In this document: one piece after another, positions 20,373-32,000 of the stretch | Position numbering within the stretch: position 1 is the first letter of the stretch | Layout of the letters: each line of letters starts with the position of its first letter | DNA from: Cyanidioschyzon merolae | Taxonomy: Eukaryota | Length of the DNA: 64,000 nt | Reading direction: 5' to 3' (one strand) | NCBI GenBank assembly: GCA_000091205.1 | Contig: AP006498.2 | Notes under the pieces: generated by a model | What the model was told of the DNA's origin: nothing | Database searches by the model: none | The model's input: the letters and a program-made list of their open reading frames with translations, nothing else | Made by a program: the position numbers and the translations under genes

Positions 20373-21815
20373 ATGCCGATTATGTACATGGATCCCGTGG
20401 CGAACCTGGGGAAGGACTACGTTCTTCCCCTTTCCTGGGTGCGCATATTTCTCTACTGGCACGGAAGCCTCTTGCAGCGCTTGCTGTTCGAAGTGTGCAT
20501 CCTGTTCGGTCTCGCTGCTTTTATTATTGCCATGAAGCTTTACGTTGCAGAGTGGCCACGCTTCCTTCTAGAAGTCTTTGCAAATATTGTCAACATTCTT
20601 TCAGGCGTGTTGACGCTCCTGCTGGGGTTCTATGCCAGCACCATCTACAGCCGCTGGTGGTACACGCGCACGAACATGTTCGGGACCGCGCAAGGTGGAG
20701 TGTACAACTGCGGTTTCATGTTGAACGCGCTCGTCTACGACGATGAGAATCCGGAACTTTGCGCCCGCTTTAAGCAGCGGTTTCTCCGTTGGATGAACCT
20801 CGCTTTCGGAATCATGCTCATGGACGTCACCTCTGGTGGATCGCATCTCTTCGAGTCCTTTGATAGCATGGAACGCATCGGTTTGGTGACCCCCGAGGAG
20901 CGCTATCGCCTGGAGCATGACGTGGAGCGTGTGCGCTTCACGCTGCCCATTATGTGGGCGGGTCATATGCTTACGCGCCTCCGGGATAATAATCACCAGT
21001 TTCACATTACGGATCGGGTACACATGCAGCTGTCGATCGAGTTGGCTTACTTGCGGCAGGGTCTCGGTGGATGCTATCTCATGAAGAACACACCGGTGCC
21101 GCTTCTCTATGTGCAGTTCGTGGAGGTTGCTGTCCGAATGTACGTTATTAGCATGATTCTGCTTGTAGGTGATTTGAACTTGCTGTCTGGAACCTTTCAA
21201 GAACGCGGCAACGATAGATGGGTCGATCTCGTCTACATCGCAGCGCTGTTTTTCATCTACGTCGGCTGGCTTCATGTAGCGGAGGAACTTGCAAACCCCT
21301 TCCGAATAGCCCCGGATGGACTCGATTTGGATGACCTTCTCTCCGGACAACGATGCGATGTGATGACCATGTCCGACTCGACGCGTCAACGTTTACCGAA
21401 ACCCGAGGTGATTCAGGAAGCGCCGCTTCCAGGAGAGCAGGGCTGGTATTTGCCGATTATAACCCGAGATCACAGCTACGAGCCTGTTCCCTACTGGTAC
21501 AGTTTTTGGTACAATCTCATCCGTCGCCGAAAGTGCAGCACCGCGCCTTCACCTCATTCCATTATTTGGGGATTCTATCCCGAGAAACAGCCGCTGCTTA
21601 CCGAGCCAGAAAAGAAACATGCAGCATCAAATCCATCGGCGTGGTCCAACGTAGTGCATGTACACCCGGGAGCTTCACAACATTGGAACGTGAGTCACCG
21701 CAACGACGGGCCAGCGCCCATGGCCTCACATTGCCCAAGCGGGCTGGTCAGTTCGGGTTTCGGCGGACTTGGTGTGGATAGCAGCAGTGCTGACGGCGGC
21801 GGCAGTGTATTATGA
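20373..21815 (+). CDS. Bestrophin-family anion channel, divergent paralog 3
   Basis: 'MPIMYMDPVANLGKDYVLPLSW', 'LLGFYASTIYSRWW' and 'YVGWLHVAEELANPFRIAPDGLDLDD' match the bestrophin motifs. The six-frame ORF starts at 20133, but homology to copies 1, 2 and 4 begins at the Met at 20373. It has a long Pro/Ser/Gly-rich C-terminal tail. Confidence 0.8.
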   Translation: MPIMYMDPVANLGKDYVLPLSWVRIFLYWHGSLLQRLLFEVCILFGLAAFIIAMKLYVAEWPRFLLEVFANIVNILSGVLTLLLGFYASTIYSRWWYTRTNMFGTAQGGVYNCGFMLNALVYDDENPELCARFKQRFLRWMNLAFGIMLMDVTSGGSHLFESFDSMERIGLVTPEERYRLEHDVERVRFTLPIMWAGHMLTRLRDNNHQFHITDRVHMQLSIELAYLRQGLGGCYLMKNTPVPLLYVQFVEVAVRMYVISMILLVGDLNLLSGTFQERGNDRWVDLVYIAALFFIYVGWLHVAEELANPFRIAPDGLDLDDLLSGQRCDVMTMSDSTRQRLPKPEVIQEAPLPGEQGWYLPIITRDHSYEPVPYWYSFWYNLIRRRKCSTAPSPHSIIWGFYPEKQPLLTEPEKKHAASNPSAWSNVVHVHPGASQHWNVSHRNDGPAPMASHCPSGLVSSGFGGLGVDSSSADGGGSVL

Positions 21816-22503
21816 ACATTGTCCGGAGCTTTGGCATGCTTCTAAAGATGGAAAGCAGCTGGACCGCGCAGGCGGGATGCATCTTCCTCGTGTTGAGCGC
21901 TTCGCGTGGAGGATTCCCAAAAGGAGAATTTTAGTGCTGCGCGAATAATATTCTGATGAAACGAGTTTGTGGATGCTGAGCGGCAAACATGTGCGCCATG
22001 CGCACCGACGATGACAATGACCAACGCTTTCAGAACGCCAAGTACGTGCCGAGTGACGTCATCTACCTAGCGAATGCCTGGCTTCTCAGAGCAGACAGCT
22101 GGCACACAGTAGCGAGGCGCCGAGGCTTCGCCGCATGCATCCGCCATGCCGCTGACGCTCCAAAGCCACCGATCTGACCCTGCCAGTGAAGATGCTGGTA
22201 CGATTTTATTGATTCATTTTGCCAGTCAATCTGTATGACATACGATCGTTTTCTTTCCGCAAAACGCGTAAAAGTTGTATACGCTTTTGACGTTACGTGG
22301 AACGAATCGGTGGGTGCATCTCGTGGCGATTCTGCTCAGTTGTCTTTGACTTTGTGACCTACGCTCGGCGCGATTCCAGCACTCTGGACAGGTACACCAC
22401 AAGCCTCGGTGAGATGCGGGCATCATTGCCATTAGAGGCGAATCTCTGTCGTCTGCGCTGGTTCGCCGAGGCTACGCTAGCAAGCCCTATCATTTGGTGC
22501 ATG

Positions 22504-23154
22504 TTATGAAGACTCCTTGGGTTCAAACTTCAAGGAGTAAGAGTTCATGCAGTAGCGAAGCCCGGTCGGCTTGGGACCATCAGGAAAAACGTGCCCCAGG
22601 TGCGCGTCGCAGACCGCACAAAGCACCTCCGTACGTATCATACCATGCGATAGATCCCGTCTCTCTTTGACAGCCTCTTTGCTCAGGGGAGCATAAAACG
22701 AGGGCCAGCCCGTGCCACTGTCGAACTTTGTTTCGCTGGAAAATAACGGCGTTCCACAGCAGACACACCGATATATCCCCGTGCGTTTTTCGTTCCAGTA
22801 CTCGCCGGTAAAAGGCCGCTCGGTGCCAGCTCGTCGCGCTACCTCGAACTGCATCGGCGTGAGACGTGCTTTCCAGTCTTCTTCAGTGAGAGCTCGCCAG
22901 TCTTTTACGTCCGCTGGGTTGCTCTGACTCATTTTCAGACGCGAGCTACCTTTCACAAGCTGGGTCAGCTGTCCACGCTGCAGAGACGCTCTCCAGAAAG
23001 CAACACCGAGGACGGTACGCTGCTGCTGCTGCTGCTGCTGCACGGTGTTGCCAGAGTACAGAACACGGCAACACTGCTTGCACTGGTACTGTAAACGTGC
23101 TTGCTGAACAAGTGGTGAAGTGAAAATACTAACGAACATCAAAACAGGTATCAC
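22504..23154 (-). CDS. msrB: Peptide methionine-(R)-sulfoxide reductase MsrB (SelR domain)
   Basis: 'RYCxNSxSLxF' C-terminal region, 'GTGWPSF' and '[10 protein letters not shown]' with two CxxC pairs (CVCCG, CAVCDAH). The N-terminal 74 aa carry a (CAG)n-encoded poly-Q run. An alternative start at Met75 (22932) would give a canonical ~143-aa MsrB. Confidence 0.85.
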   Translation of the reverse strand: MIPVLMFVSIFTSPLVQQARLQYQCKQCCRVLYSGNTVQQQQQQQRTVLGVAFWRASLQRGQLTQLVKGSSRLKMSQSNPADVKDWRALTEEDWKARLTPMQFEVARRAGTERPFTGEYWNEKRTGIYRCVCCGTPLFSSETKFDSGTGWPSFYAPLSKEAVKERRDLSHGMIRTEVLCAVCDAHLGHVFPDGPKPTGLRYCMNSYSLKFEPKESS

Positions 23155-23649
23155 TGCAACCGTCTAGCGAATCGTCTCCGAGAAACCAGAAATTAACAGT
23201 GATTTAAGAATCGGAGATGCAACGAAGAAAAGTTACGCAACAATATTCACTGTACACAGTTGTCCAGGATCGTCTACAGTGCATGTGCATGCACGCGGTT
23301 CCGAGATGACGCCTCGGCACGCAGCAATGCATGGCGTTTCGGGTTGCCTGAGTGGCGGCGCAATCAGCATCGCGGCAAGCGCCCGCGATAGGCGCAGTAT
23401 GCCGAGAACTCTTTGCCCGCAGACAAACAACTAATCTCTATGTCGAACGGAGGGACTGTTCTTGAGCTAGTGGAACGTTGAAGCGTCTGAAGTAATACGC
23501 AACTATGATGGAATTGAGCAGCATTGTGAAGTGCATTGGAGGTGTTCGTTCAAGTTTTCTTGTCATAGTTTTTCACCTAAATTGTGTTCCACTCCTCCGG
23601 TGCGTGTCATCAAATGCGTGTTCGCGGTTTATAGCGGATTCGTTCGAAG

Positions 23650-24150
23650 TAGGTTCATTTCCAAAAATAAAAATCTAAGGATCAGGTATCGACATGCAAG
23701 GCGGGGATCCAGGAGGACCCTCATCACTGGCTGCCTGAGTAAAAAACGAAACAAATCCTCTTCTCGCCGATCATCGAGCGAAGAAGAGCAAGTGACCAGG
23801 AAGAAAAAGGCGAAGAAGATGACGATGAGAGATCGGCGAGAAAATGTATTTGGTCAACGGAACGATGACGTCCCTTTGGTGGCAAAGAGGGCTCGCGTTC
23901 TGACAACTATTTTAAAGGTGAGCTCAACCAGAGGCAATAAACGCATAGAGTTCGTGAACCGAGACTTCAACGCCGCCATCAATATCATGAGATGCACGGT
24001 GCTGGAGACGAGACCCGAGGAGCTGAGGCGATCCAAGTTTGTGAGGCAGCCTCTCAGGCTCGTTCTGTGCATGAATAAACCTAAATCGATAGCAGGGTCG
24101 CGGTCGAACAGGGCAGGGACGCGTCTACGGGTGGGTATTCACGCACCCTG
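23650..24150 (+). mobile_element. Family-B short non-autonomous TnpB/Fanzor-derived repeat, copy B2
   Basis: It begins 'ccaaaaataaaaatctaaggat' like 1030. 23740-24140 aligns with 31610-31990 ('...tcatcgagcgaagaagagcaag...', '...cagcctctcaggctcg...'). It encodes 'KRIEFVNRDFNAAINIMRCTVLETRPEE' (RuvC-III) with no upstream RuvC-I or RuvC-II. Confidence 0.55.
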
Positions 24151-26272
24151 CTTGCTCGTGGGACTTTGTTTCTTTCATTGACGATAACAGTGACGATAAT
24201 CACGGACAGAATATCCACCTGTGTGCACTTTGTAAAGCTCCTGAAACCTAGGCCACAGTCGAGTAACGAAGCTCATTGTCTACCGTTCAGGGTAGATCAA
24301 GAGACAGACTTCGGGGTCGGCGTGGACCCGGGAGCTGCAGGATGTCACGCCCGATTTTTAACCTCTGAATGAGGAGGCCGGCGCCAAAGACCTACTCGGA
24401 AGGAAGCTGACCCTGTTCAAGCTTTCCAGGGCAGGGGATTATCGAGATTCGGGCATAACGTTCGCCAGCAGGGATACCAGCAAGTGGAACGACGGCGTCC
24501 GGGCCCGACTCTCGACGCTCTGGACACCGTATCGAGCAGACGGGGGCATGCTTTGCACGCTTGATTCATAGATCATATGAGCCTCAAAACGTCTCCTGCG
24601 GGCGGTCTTTGGCAGCAGTACACACGGGCGCGCGGGGTCGGAAACCGATTCGGTTGAACGGAGGCAGCCATCGTGTATGCGCCAACTTGTCAGATGTGTT
24701 CGAACGAGAAATGATCGACACGTCGCGCTGTTTCGCGGAAGCCTAAGGCGCTGGACGTGGTTTAACGCGCATGAATGCGCTCCTACTCTTCGACCAGAGC
24801 GTGCAACGAGTGCAGGAACCGATCCTCAACGATACCCCAGCCCTGAGTTCGGGACGGCGTGCACGCATCCCGAGCACAGGTGCATGCTGAAACTGGTAGC
24901 AAAGAAGAGACGGAAATAAAGTTGGATGCTCGAGCTGGTGTACGGTAAGCTGACTGTGTGTCAGATGGCGAGCGAGTCGCAAGTGCGACGCGTGCTACAA
25001 TCTGAGTCCACCGCCATCCATGAGAGAAAGCAACTTCTGCACCGATATCTCAAAGCCTTGAAAAGCGTACGGAAATGTCTCGTGCCTCCGAAGAGTTCGG
25101 TGGCTTTGTGTGGCGCGAGCTTTCGGGAATTATTTCGTATCCTATCCATGCATTGTGCTGAAACACAGAAGAGTATTTATAAAAAATCAGGGCCAGGAGC
25201 GAGGGGGCGGCCTTCGTTTCTCGCCCGGAGCAAGGCTCTGGTATGGTACGATTCAGCTACCGAACGACATTGGTGCACCGTACACATACATCGTCAATGA
25301 TTTTCCTCGGCAACTGATACACCATTATTTGAGACGACGAATATAGAACAGAGTCAAATTGATGGATCAAAGCAGGTGAGCGGGGGCATAGACCTTGCGT
25401 TTCCGCAGACGGATTCCGGATGATGCCGCTTGTGTGATTTTTTCGTTGACAAGTCGCCCGCAGGGGACACGAACCTCCAAGTTCCCACAGAGAGGACACT
25501 TTGAGGCCAGTGCTGGACCGCACGGCCTGCAAGACCTGTGTTCGCTCCATACCCCTGTAGTATCTCCTATGGACGTGCTTTCCACGACTTATTCTGTCCA
25601 AACGAGCGTTTGCCCACAAAGATCTGGTCCATCAAAGTTGAGTTCAAGGCACAAGCGCAAGTAAAGCCAATTTTGGGCCCTGTACAATATGCAGGTGGCC
25701 TTCACAGCATACGCTTCGTTCCTCGTTTACGACGCGGCGAACGAGTGCTTCCGCGGAGGCGACCACGCACACAACCCCTGAAACTGAGCAGCTACAAACT
25801 GCATTAGTGGACCTGGAAGACCTGTTTCTCCTGCTTTGTATTCGTCTCGTCATCGAGCCCAGCGTATTCAGTAAACTTCCGTGCAAGTCACGGTTTACGT
25901 GCAGGTTTTCTTCGTAGACTCCGCCTTGTCCTGGAGAGTTTACGCTCGATTACGAGCAGCCTCGTAGGTAAACTTCGAAACAATTCGCCATTTACGTGCA
26001 GATGCCTATCCAGATGCTGCGACGTCCTGCTGAAATCACTCTCGTAGACGTGCAGTTTCGTGCAGGCCGCCCCTAGTTCTGTTCGAACTCGCGCGTCCAG
26101 CAGCGAGCCTCGTTGCTGAGCGCTGCGCTCGGCACCGAATGCCTCTGCGGCTTGCACATGCTCGCTCAGAAGCGTTCGTGTTGCACTGGGGGGTTCATCG
26201 CAGCGTACGCCAAGTCACTGTGACCAGATCATAACGTTTCGGCTTCCGCTACGCGGCTTATACGGTGAGTTC

Positions 26273-28156
26273 GTGCGCCGGATGCAAGACTATGAAGCTC
26301 TGCGCGAGTTGCGCTGGTGCGGAGCGGAGCTACACCGCGTCGCCGGTGCCCAGCTGGTGTCTCAGAGCACTGCTCTCGAGCGCACCAGTACTCTTGTAAG
26401 AAGCCTGCTTGAAAAGAAGGACTTTATGGAGGAGAACTGGAAAGAGGTGCTGCATCTGCAATCACAGTGGTTCTGCTGTTTGCAGACCCTGGTGCAGCGC
26501 TCAGTACAAGCGGAAAAGCCAACGTCAAAGCCCAGCTGTGCGGTAGTCGGAGCGCTCGAAGCGTCACTGCAACGGATAGCGCCAGTGGTTGTTCGATTGG
26601 GCACGGAGCAGGATATGGCGCTCGTTTTCAGCATCGCAGGCGGTCTCTGTGCTTTAGAACTGCTGAGCTGGTCCCAGTGCTGGCACGTCCTCGTGCGTCA
26701 ACTTTTGGACAGCAGCATCGATGACGCAGCACGTTGGCAAACCGTCCTGGTGCAGGGGTGTGCCGCAGCGTTTTGCGACCTGCGTTTGCATACGCTCCAC
26801 GCAGTAGCGCACCTGCTACGTGAATCGAGTTCGGTATACTCGACGCCTGCACCCGGGGCTGCGCTTGACTTGGCGGCGCGTGCGGAGAATGCATGGCGGT
26901 TCGTTTTGAAGCCCATTGGGCGACTACTCACCAAGGATGTGGCAAAGCAGCACCAGCAGCTGCTCAGTGAGGTCTTGCGGCGAGTCACGACGCCATCGCA
27001 ACGCGGAGACCGGCAGCAGCGACTACTGAAAGCATCCCGAAAGGCATTCACGGATGCGATGCTGGCGCTGCTGTCGACCGGTGAACACGGAATCGATTTG
27101 TCTGCACCCGTCCTCCTCGATGTTTTCGGAGAGCTTGTAGACAACCTCCTGCCGAACCATTGTATCGCAGAGCCGCTCCGACTGGGTGACTTTCTCGCGG
27201 AGACTTTTCGCGAGGCGATTGCCGGTCGTTCTGTGTATGGGATCGCAGCACTGGAGCCGCTGCTGTTTCTCATGCGCCACGATGGCCTCGAGTACGAACA
27301 CATATATGAGCAAGTGTATTCCAAGCTGGACGTACACACGCTCCTGCGACTGAACGCATGTGAGTCGGCCACAAGGGGGCGAGTGCTGCGCGCTGTCACG
27401 CAGCTATTGACGTCTAGCCACCTTCCGCATGCACTCATCAGCGCCTATACGAAGCGCCTTGCCCGGATAGCGCTGCAGAGCTGGGATGCAACACTGACGC
27501 TGTGGGCGCTTCGCTTGACGCTCGAACTCGTGCATCGCCATACGAGTGCGCGTCTGCTGCTCGAGTCGTGGTTCAAGCGACAGCAACCCGACAGGGAGCC
27601 TGTCATCGAAAGCAGCTGCTCGGACTCGACACCACGTCGTCGGGATCAGAGCGAGGCCTCGTTTGAGGCATCAGGGACCGGTGTGGTGCGTTCGACTCCC
27701 ACGAAACGCCTTGCATATGGATTCGTGTTTTGGGAGCGATCCAGCGGTCAACGAGCCGGAGATGAGTGCGCTAGTTCGACGCCCGGGCTGACGAACGACC
27801 CGTTTTTGGCCGATGAGCCAGATCCGCGTCGCTCCAACGCCTCTGCGAGTTTCCTCTGGGAAGTGGGTATGCTCTCTGAGCACTTTGTTTCCAGTGTTCG
27901 ACAACTCGCCGCTTTGTTCGAGGACCCGGAAAAGGCGATCAGTCGGGCGGGTCCGCTGGACGCCTGGTGTGATGCCTCACTTCGGGACCTTATCGAGTTG
28001 GAGTTACGCCGCTCCCAACATTTGGTGCGGAACAAGCCGATCGCGTTTGAGGCACCCAGGGACGACGACATCGTCGGAGACTCTGGATCAAAGGTAGAAG
28101 CTCAATTTACAGCGCATGCTGCGAATGCAAAAGTCATATTTGGTGAATATTCATAG
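26273..28156 (+). CDS. Hypothetical protein (627 aa), leucine-rich alpha-helical; no family recognised by eye
   Basis: Long uninterrupted ORF with coding-like composition and GC3 bias, lying between bestrophin paralogs 3 and 4. Confidence 0.4.
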   Translation: MRRMQDYEALRELRWCGAELHRVAGAQLVSQSTALERTSTLVRSLLEKKDFMEENWKEVLHLQSQWFCCLQTLVQRSVQAEKPTSKPSCAVVGALEASLQRIAPVVVRLGTEQDMALVFSIAGGLCALELLSWSQCWHVLVRQLLDSSIDDAARWQTVLVQGCAAAFCDLRLHTLHAVAHLLRESSSVYSTPAPGAALDLAARAENAWRFVLKPIGRLLTKDVAKQHQQLLSEVLRRVTTPSQRGDRQQRLLKASRKAFTDAMLALLSTGEHGIDLSAPVLLDVFGELVDNLLPNHCIAEPLRLGDFLAETFREAIAGRSVYGIAALEPLLFLMRHDGLEYEHIYEQVYSKLDVHTLLRLNACESATRGRVLRAVTQLLTSSHLPHALISAYTKRLARIALQSWDATLTLWALRLTLELVHRHTSARLLLESWFKRQQPDREPVIESSCSDSTPRRRDQSEASFEASGTGVVRSTPTKRLAYGFVFWERSSGQRAGDECASSTPGLTNDPFLADEPDPRRSNASASFLWEVGMLSEHFVSSVRQLAALFEDPEKAISRAGPLDAWCDASLRDLIELELRRSQHLVRNKPIAFEAPRDDDIVGDSGSKVEAQFTAHAANAKVIFGEYS

Positions 28157-28892
28157 AGTGCGTCCTGGTGTCTTGTGTGGCGTCACACTTGCGGAAACGC
28201 AGCGTCACTGGCGTGCAGGCAGCAGCTGCGATGCTCTCGCGTTGACGAGATTTCCGTCGTTATGGTGAACGCTTTCGAGCGACATTCCTGGTACATTCCT
28301 GCTGCGTTCTGCTAGATGATTCGGCAGGAGCGCCATCAGGTCGTTCCAGACCAGTGCGCGAGGTAACAGCAGCTGCAGCAGGTCCAACGCCTGCGACGCG
28401 AAGACAACGCTGCGCTGGATGTCTCGATGGTATCATAGCACCGATCGCAGCGACACCGCTGAGATGGACTTGAAGCAGTGGCGTCCAAGCGAGCTCCTCG
28501 ATTCTACGCTTCTGTGGATCGTGCAGCTCGAGCGGGACGGGAACGTGACTGGAGCAAGACGTGGTTCAGTGCGCACTGCTTGAAGCCGACGTACACGCTC
28601 GTCGAGCTAGTGTCACCGCTCCGTCATCGTGAAACGAAAACGCCTGTTCGGATTCGGGATCAGCGCCACACACGCTCCGTTCTGACTTGTCGGTAATGCG
28701 TCCTGCGTTAGCACGCAGGGCGTATCTGTGCTCCGTATCGACATGTGCGGAGGCACGGGGGCGCTTCTTCGGTGCGGGATACCTGCGGAGCACCCACCGC
28801 ACGCAGGCGAGGAACGTTATCGAAGCCAGACCGTGCTGGTTGCGCTTGTTTGCGCGGATATTGTGCTTGGCCAGGCGATGCGCTTGACGAGT

Positions 28893-30275
28893 TCAGAATC
28901 CGTAGTACCGGATCCTTTCGGGAGGTCCGGTCCAACATCGGGTGGTGCCACGTAGTGACGTGTTGCCCTGCAGTCCGATGCTTTGGGCCCAGTCCGTCTG
29001 CGTCGGAGCTGTGGTATCGTCGGTTGCGAACGTCTCCTCATCCGAGAGCAGGCGTTGGCGCACCCGCTGGAAAAAGTCGTATGTCTTTGCATGGCCGTCT
29101 TGTCGACTTGCTTTGACGGTCCGAATATACTCCTTGTACTTGTTCCAGCCTGGGACCGCCTCGTAAGCGTGATCACGCCACACGAACGGACAATTCCAGT
29201 TCGGATCGCCCGGTAGGGGCTCGTCGTTGATGGAATCCACTGTGGGCAAGCGGATACTGTTGTCGTCGACCATAGTGGCGTGGTCCGCTCGCTGACTCGA
29301 GAGATAATCGTCAAAATCGAGGCCATCTGGGGCTATTCGGTACGGATTTGCGAGCTCGTCTGCAACGTGCAACCAACCAATATAAATGAAGAAGACGCTC
29401 ACAATGTAGACCATATCGGTCCAACTGTAGTTGGCGGAATCCGTCCCCGAGCTGGTGGCACCCAAAAGCTGCAGGTTCCCAGCAAGCAGGACGACAACGA
29501 GAATATAGATTCGTACAGCGGCACTCACAAGCTGCCGGTACATAAGAGGCACTGGCACTGTCACAAAAACGTACATGCTTCCGAGGCCTTGACGAAGGCT
29601 TGCCAACTGCTGTGAGAGCTGCAAGTGGACCCAATGCGTCACTCCGTAGTTCGGCTCGTGGTCTCGCAGGCGCGTAAACGTGTGTCCCGCCCACATCAGA
29701 GGCAGCGTGAAACGAACTCGGTCCACGTCGTGCTCAATGCGTTGGCGCTCCTCTGCCGTCATCATGCCGAGCTGCTCCAGGGAATCAAAGGAGTTGTACA
29801 GGTGCGTTCCATCGGTTATAATCTCACGCAACACGAGCGCAAACGCGAGGTTGCACCAACGCACAATTCGCTGTTTGAGACGTGCAGCTGTTATCGGGTC
29901 CTTGTCGCTGTAAATAAACTGAGTCATCTCCATGGCGATGTTGTAGGCGGCCATCTGCGCGGTGCCACACATGGAGACGCGCGCGTCCCACCAGCGCGAG
30001 TATATCGTGCTCGTGTAAAAACCCAGCATAAACGTGAGAATTGGAGATAGCACGTTCGCCAAAATCGCCAAAACAAGGAGAAACGCATGAGTCCACGTCG
30101 CAACGTACAGCTTGAGCGCGATCACGAGCGCCGCCAGCGCTAGCCATAAGATTATTTCGAACAGCAGCCGCTGCATCAGAGAACCGTGCCAGTAAAAAAA
30201 GAGCCGCAACCATGACAGGGGCAGAACATAGTCTTTCCCGAAAGTGGCAACGGGGTCTTTGTACAGGATGGTCAT
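28893..30275 (-). CDS. Bestrophin-family anion channel, paralog 4
   Basis: 'MTILYKDPVATFGKDYVLPLSW', 'ILTFMLGFYTSTIYSRWW' and 'YIGWLHVADELANPYRIAPDGLDFDD'. It is ~70% identical to copies 1 and 2. The ORF extends to 30302, but the homologous start is the Met at 30275. Confidence 0.85.
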   Translation of the reverse strand: MTILYKDPVATFGKDYVLPLSWLRLFFYWHGSLMQRLLFEIILWLALAALVIALKLYVATWTHAFLLVLAILANVLSPILTFMLGFYTSTIYSRWWDARVSMCGTAQMAAYNIAMEMTQFIYSDKDPITAARLKQRIVRWCNLAFALVLREIITDGTHLYNSFDSLEQLGMMTAEERQRIEHDVDRVRFTLPLMWAGHTFTRLRDHEPNYGVTHWVHLQLSQQLASLRQGLGSMYVFVTVPVPLMYRQLVSAAVRIYILVVVLLAGNLQLLGATSSGTDSANYSWTDMVYIVSVFFIYIGWLHVADELANPYRIAPDGLDFDDYLSSQRADHATMVDDNSIRLPTVDSINDEPLPGDPNWNCPFVWRDHAYEAVPGWNKYKEYIRTVKASRQDGHAKTYDFFQRVRQRLLSDEETFATDDTTAPTQTDWAQSIGLQGNTSLRGTTRCWTGPPERIRYYGF

Positions 30276-31051
30276 GGACGCAGTTTGTGGTCCGGCGCAC
30301 AAGGCAAGCCGCCACGCGTCCGCGCAGGCAACAACGTGCTCACGGGGAATACTGGCGTGTCGGTGCCGAGCCTGCGCGCGGCACTAGCGCCCCAGTCCAA
30401 TATGTCCATAAGATCTACTTGATTCACTAGATGTCAAGTTAAGGACAGGTATGAGACTGCTCCCAGGGGCACCCATCCGGATGCTACCGCTGATTAAGCG
30501 ACGCGTTCCGGTGTTCACGGGTGCATGGCTCGTCGAGCGGAACCCCTTTTCCCAAGGTCAGCGAATGCACTGCACAGCGCTTGGCACTTGCGCCTCGAGA
30601 CAGTTAGGCAGTTATCGGAGCGCTTGAGGCAACTTGGGGATCGCCAGCGGGGGCCAGCGTGCCACGACTGAACTTGGTGCGGCCGGCTGACTCGCCTATC
30701 GCCTCCGCCCACTGCCGGGTTCGGCATGGAGCCGAGGATGCTCGACCTTTCGCACTGCGCGGGTTCGAGATTTGTTTTATTCGGGTATTTGAACTGAAAT
30801 TTATTCCAGACCAGCTGATTCCACTCGAATGCTTTTCTGCAGTGTATGGCAGGAGATCCAAATCACGATGCAACGTACCGTATAGATCGTAGACGAATTG
30901 CATGCAGGATACATGTATGACTGAACAGCGCAGAGAAGAATGCGTTCGTACTTCATGTCAGTCATACGATGGTACCGTGATGGTTGAGGAACGCTGAAAG
31001 ATCTAAGTAGACGCGCTTCGCGCCAAAATCCGATATTTTTACAGACTGTTT

Positions 31052-32000
31052 GCGATCTGTGGTAGAAAACGACACGTTGATCACTTTACAGAAAGCAAAA
31101 GCGATGATAATAGGCGTCACAGGCATCTCTGTTTCGCAACAGCATGTTCGTTTGGTCTTGAAAACAGTCGGATACTGTCGCAATAAAGTCCTAGTTCACA
31201 CACGGTATCCTGCACCGAAATCCCAGCTACTACAGCGTCCCTAGAACGTCGTGATCGGTATGAAGCAAAGGAACGTCGGTCTGTTTTTCCCGACTCTATC
31301 GGGGAGTAGAGCTGCTTTTGATTCCTCCATACTTTCCATGGTTCCTCCCCATCGATGGATACTTTTCTATTGTGAAACGTGGTGATCGCTATACTGGGCG
31401 AGGCGCTGAGGTGTTAAGCATACCGTTACACACCGGGCCACATGACATCGTTCTTCCGCAAGACCTTCTTCTTCCCCAGGGAGATGGGTGCTCACCTAGC
31501 CGCATAAACAAGAGTATTCATTTTCAAGAAAAAACTATCGAAAGGAAAGTTTTGGGAACGAAAATCGGGGATACCACAAGGCCGTCATCGCGGAGTTCGA
31601 CAGCGAAACGAAAAAATTCTCCTCTCGTCGATCATCGAGCGAGGAAGAGCAAGCGACGAAGGTGTCAATGATACGCGAGAAAAGGTGTTTCCCCGACGGG
31701 ACGACGACGATACTGTATTGGAACTGAGGCGCAACTTCGAGGACATGCTCGATTGCTGAGTTCCATCAGCGTCAATACACGGACGGAGTTCGTGAACCGA
31801 GCCCTTAACAGTGCCATCAATACCAGACGACATGCGGTGCTCCAGAAGAAACCTGAGGAGATGAAGGGATACAAGTTTGTCGCACAGCCTCACAGGCTCG
31901 AAATATGTAGGAATAAACAGATACCGACAGCAGGTGTCCGGTCAAAAGGGGCTGGGAGGCGTCTGCGCGTTGGGATTCATTTACCCGAGCGAGCATCGAC
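31052..32000 (+). mobile_element. Composite repeat E3 (family C+B), same family as 285-2090
   Basis: 31052-31500 is homologous to 285-1000 (for example 'ggtagaaaacgacacgttgatcac' vs 'ggtagagaaccggtccgttgaacgc', and the 'tcctccccatcgatgg' block). 31540-32000 is homologous to 23650-24150 and encodes the degenerate 'TEFVNRALNSAINTRRHAVL'. Confidence 0.5.
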
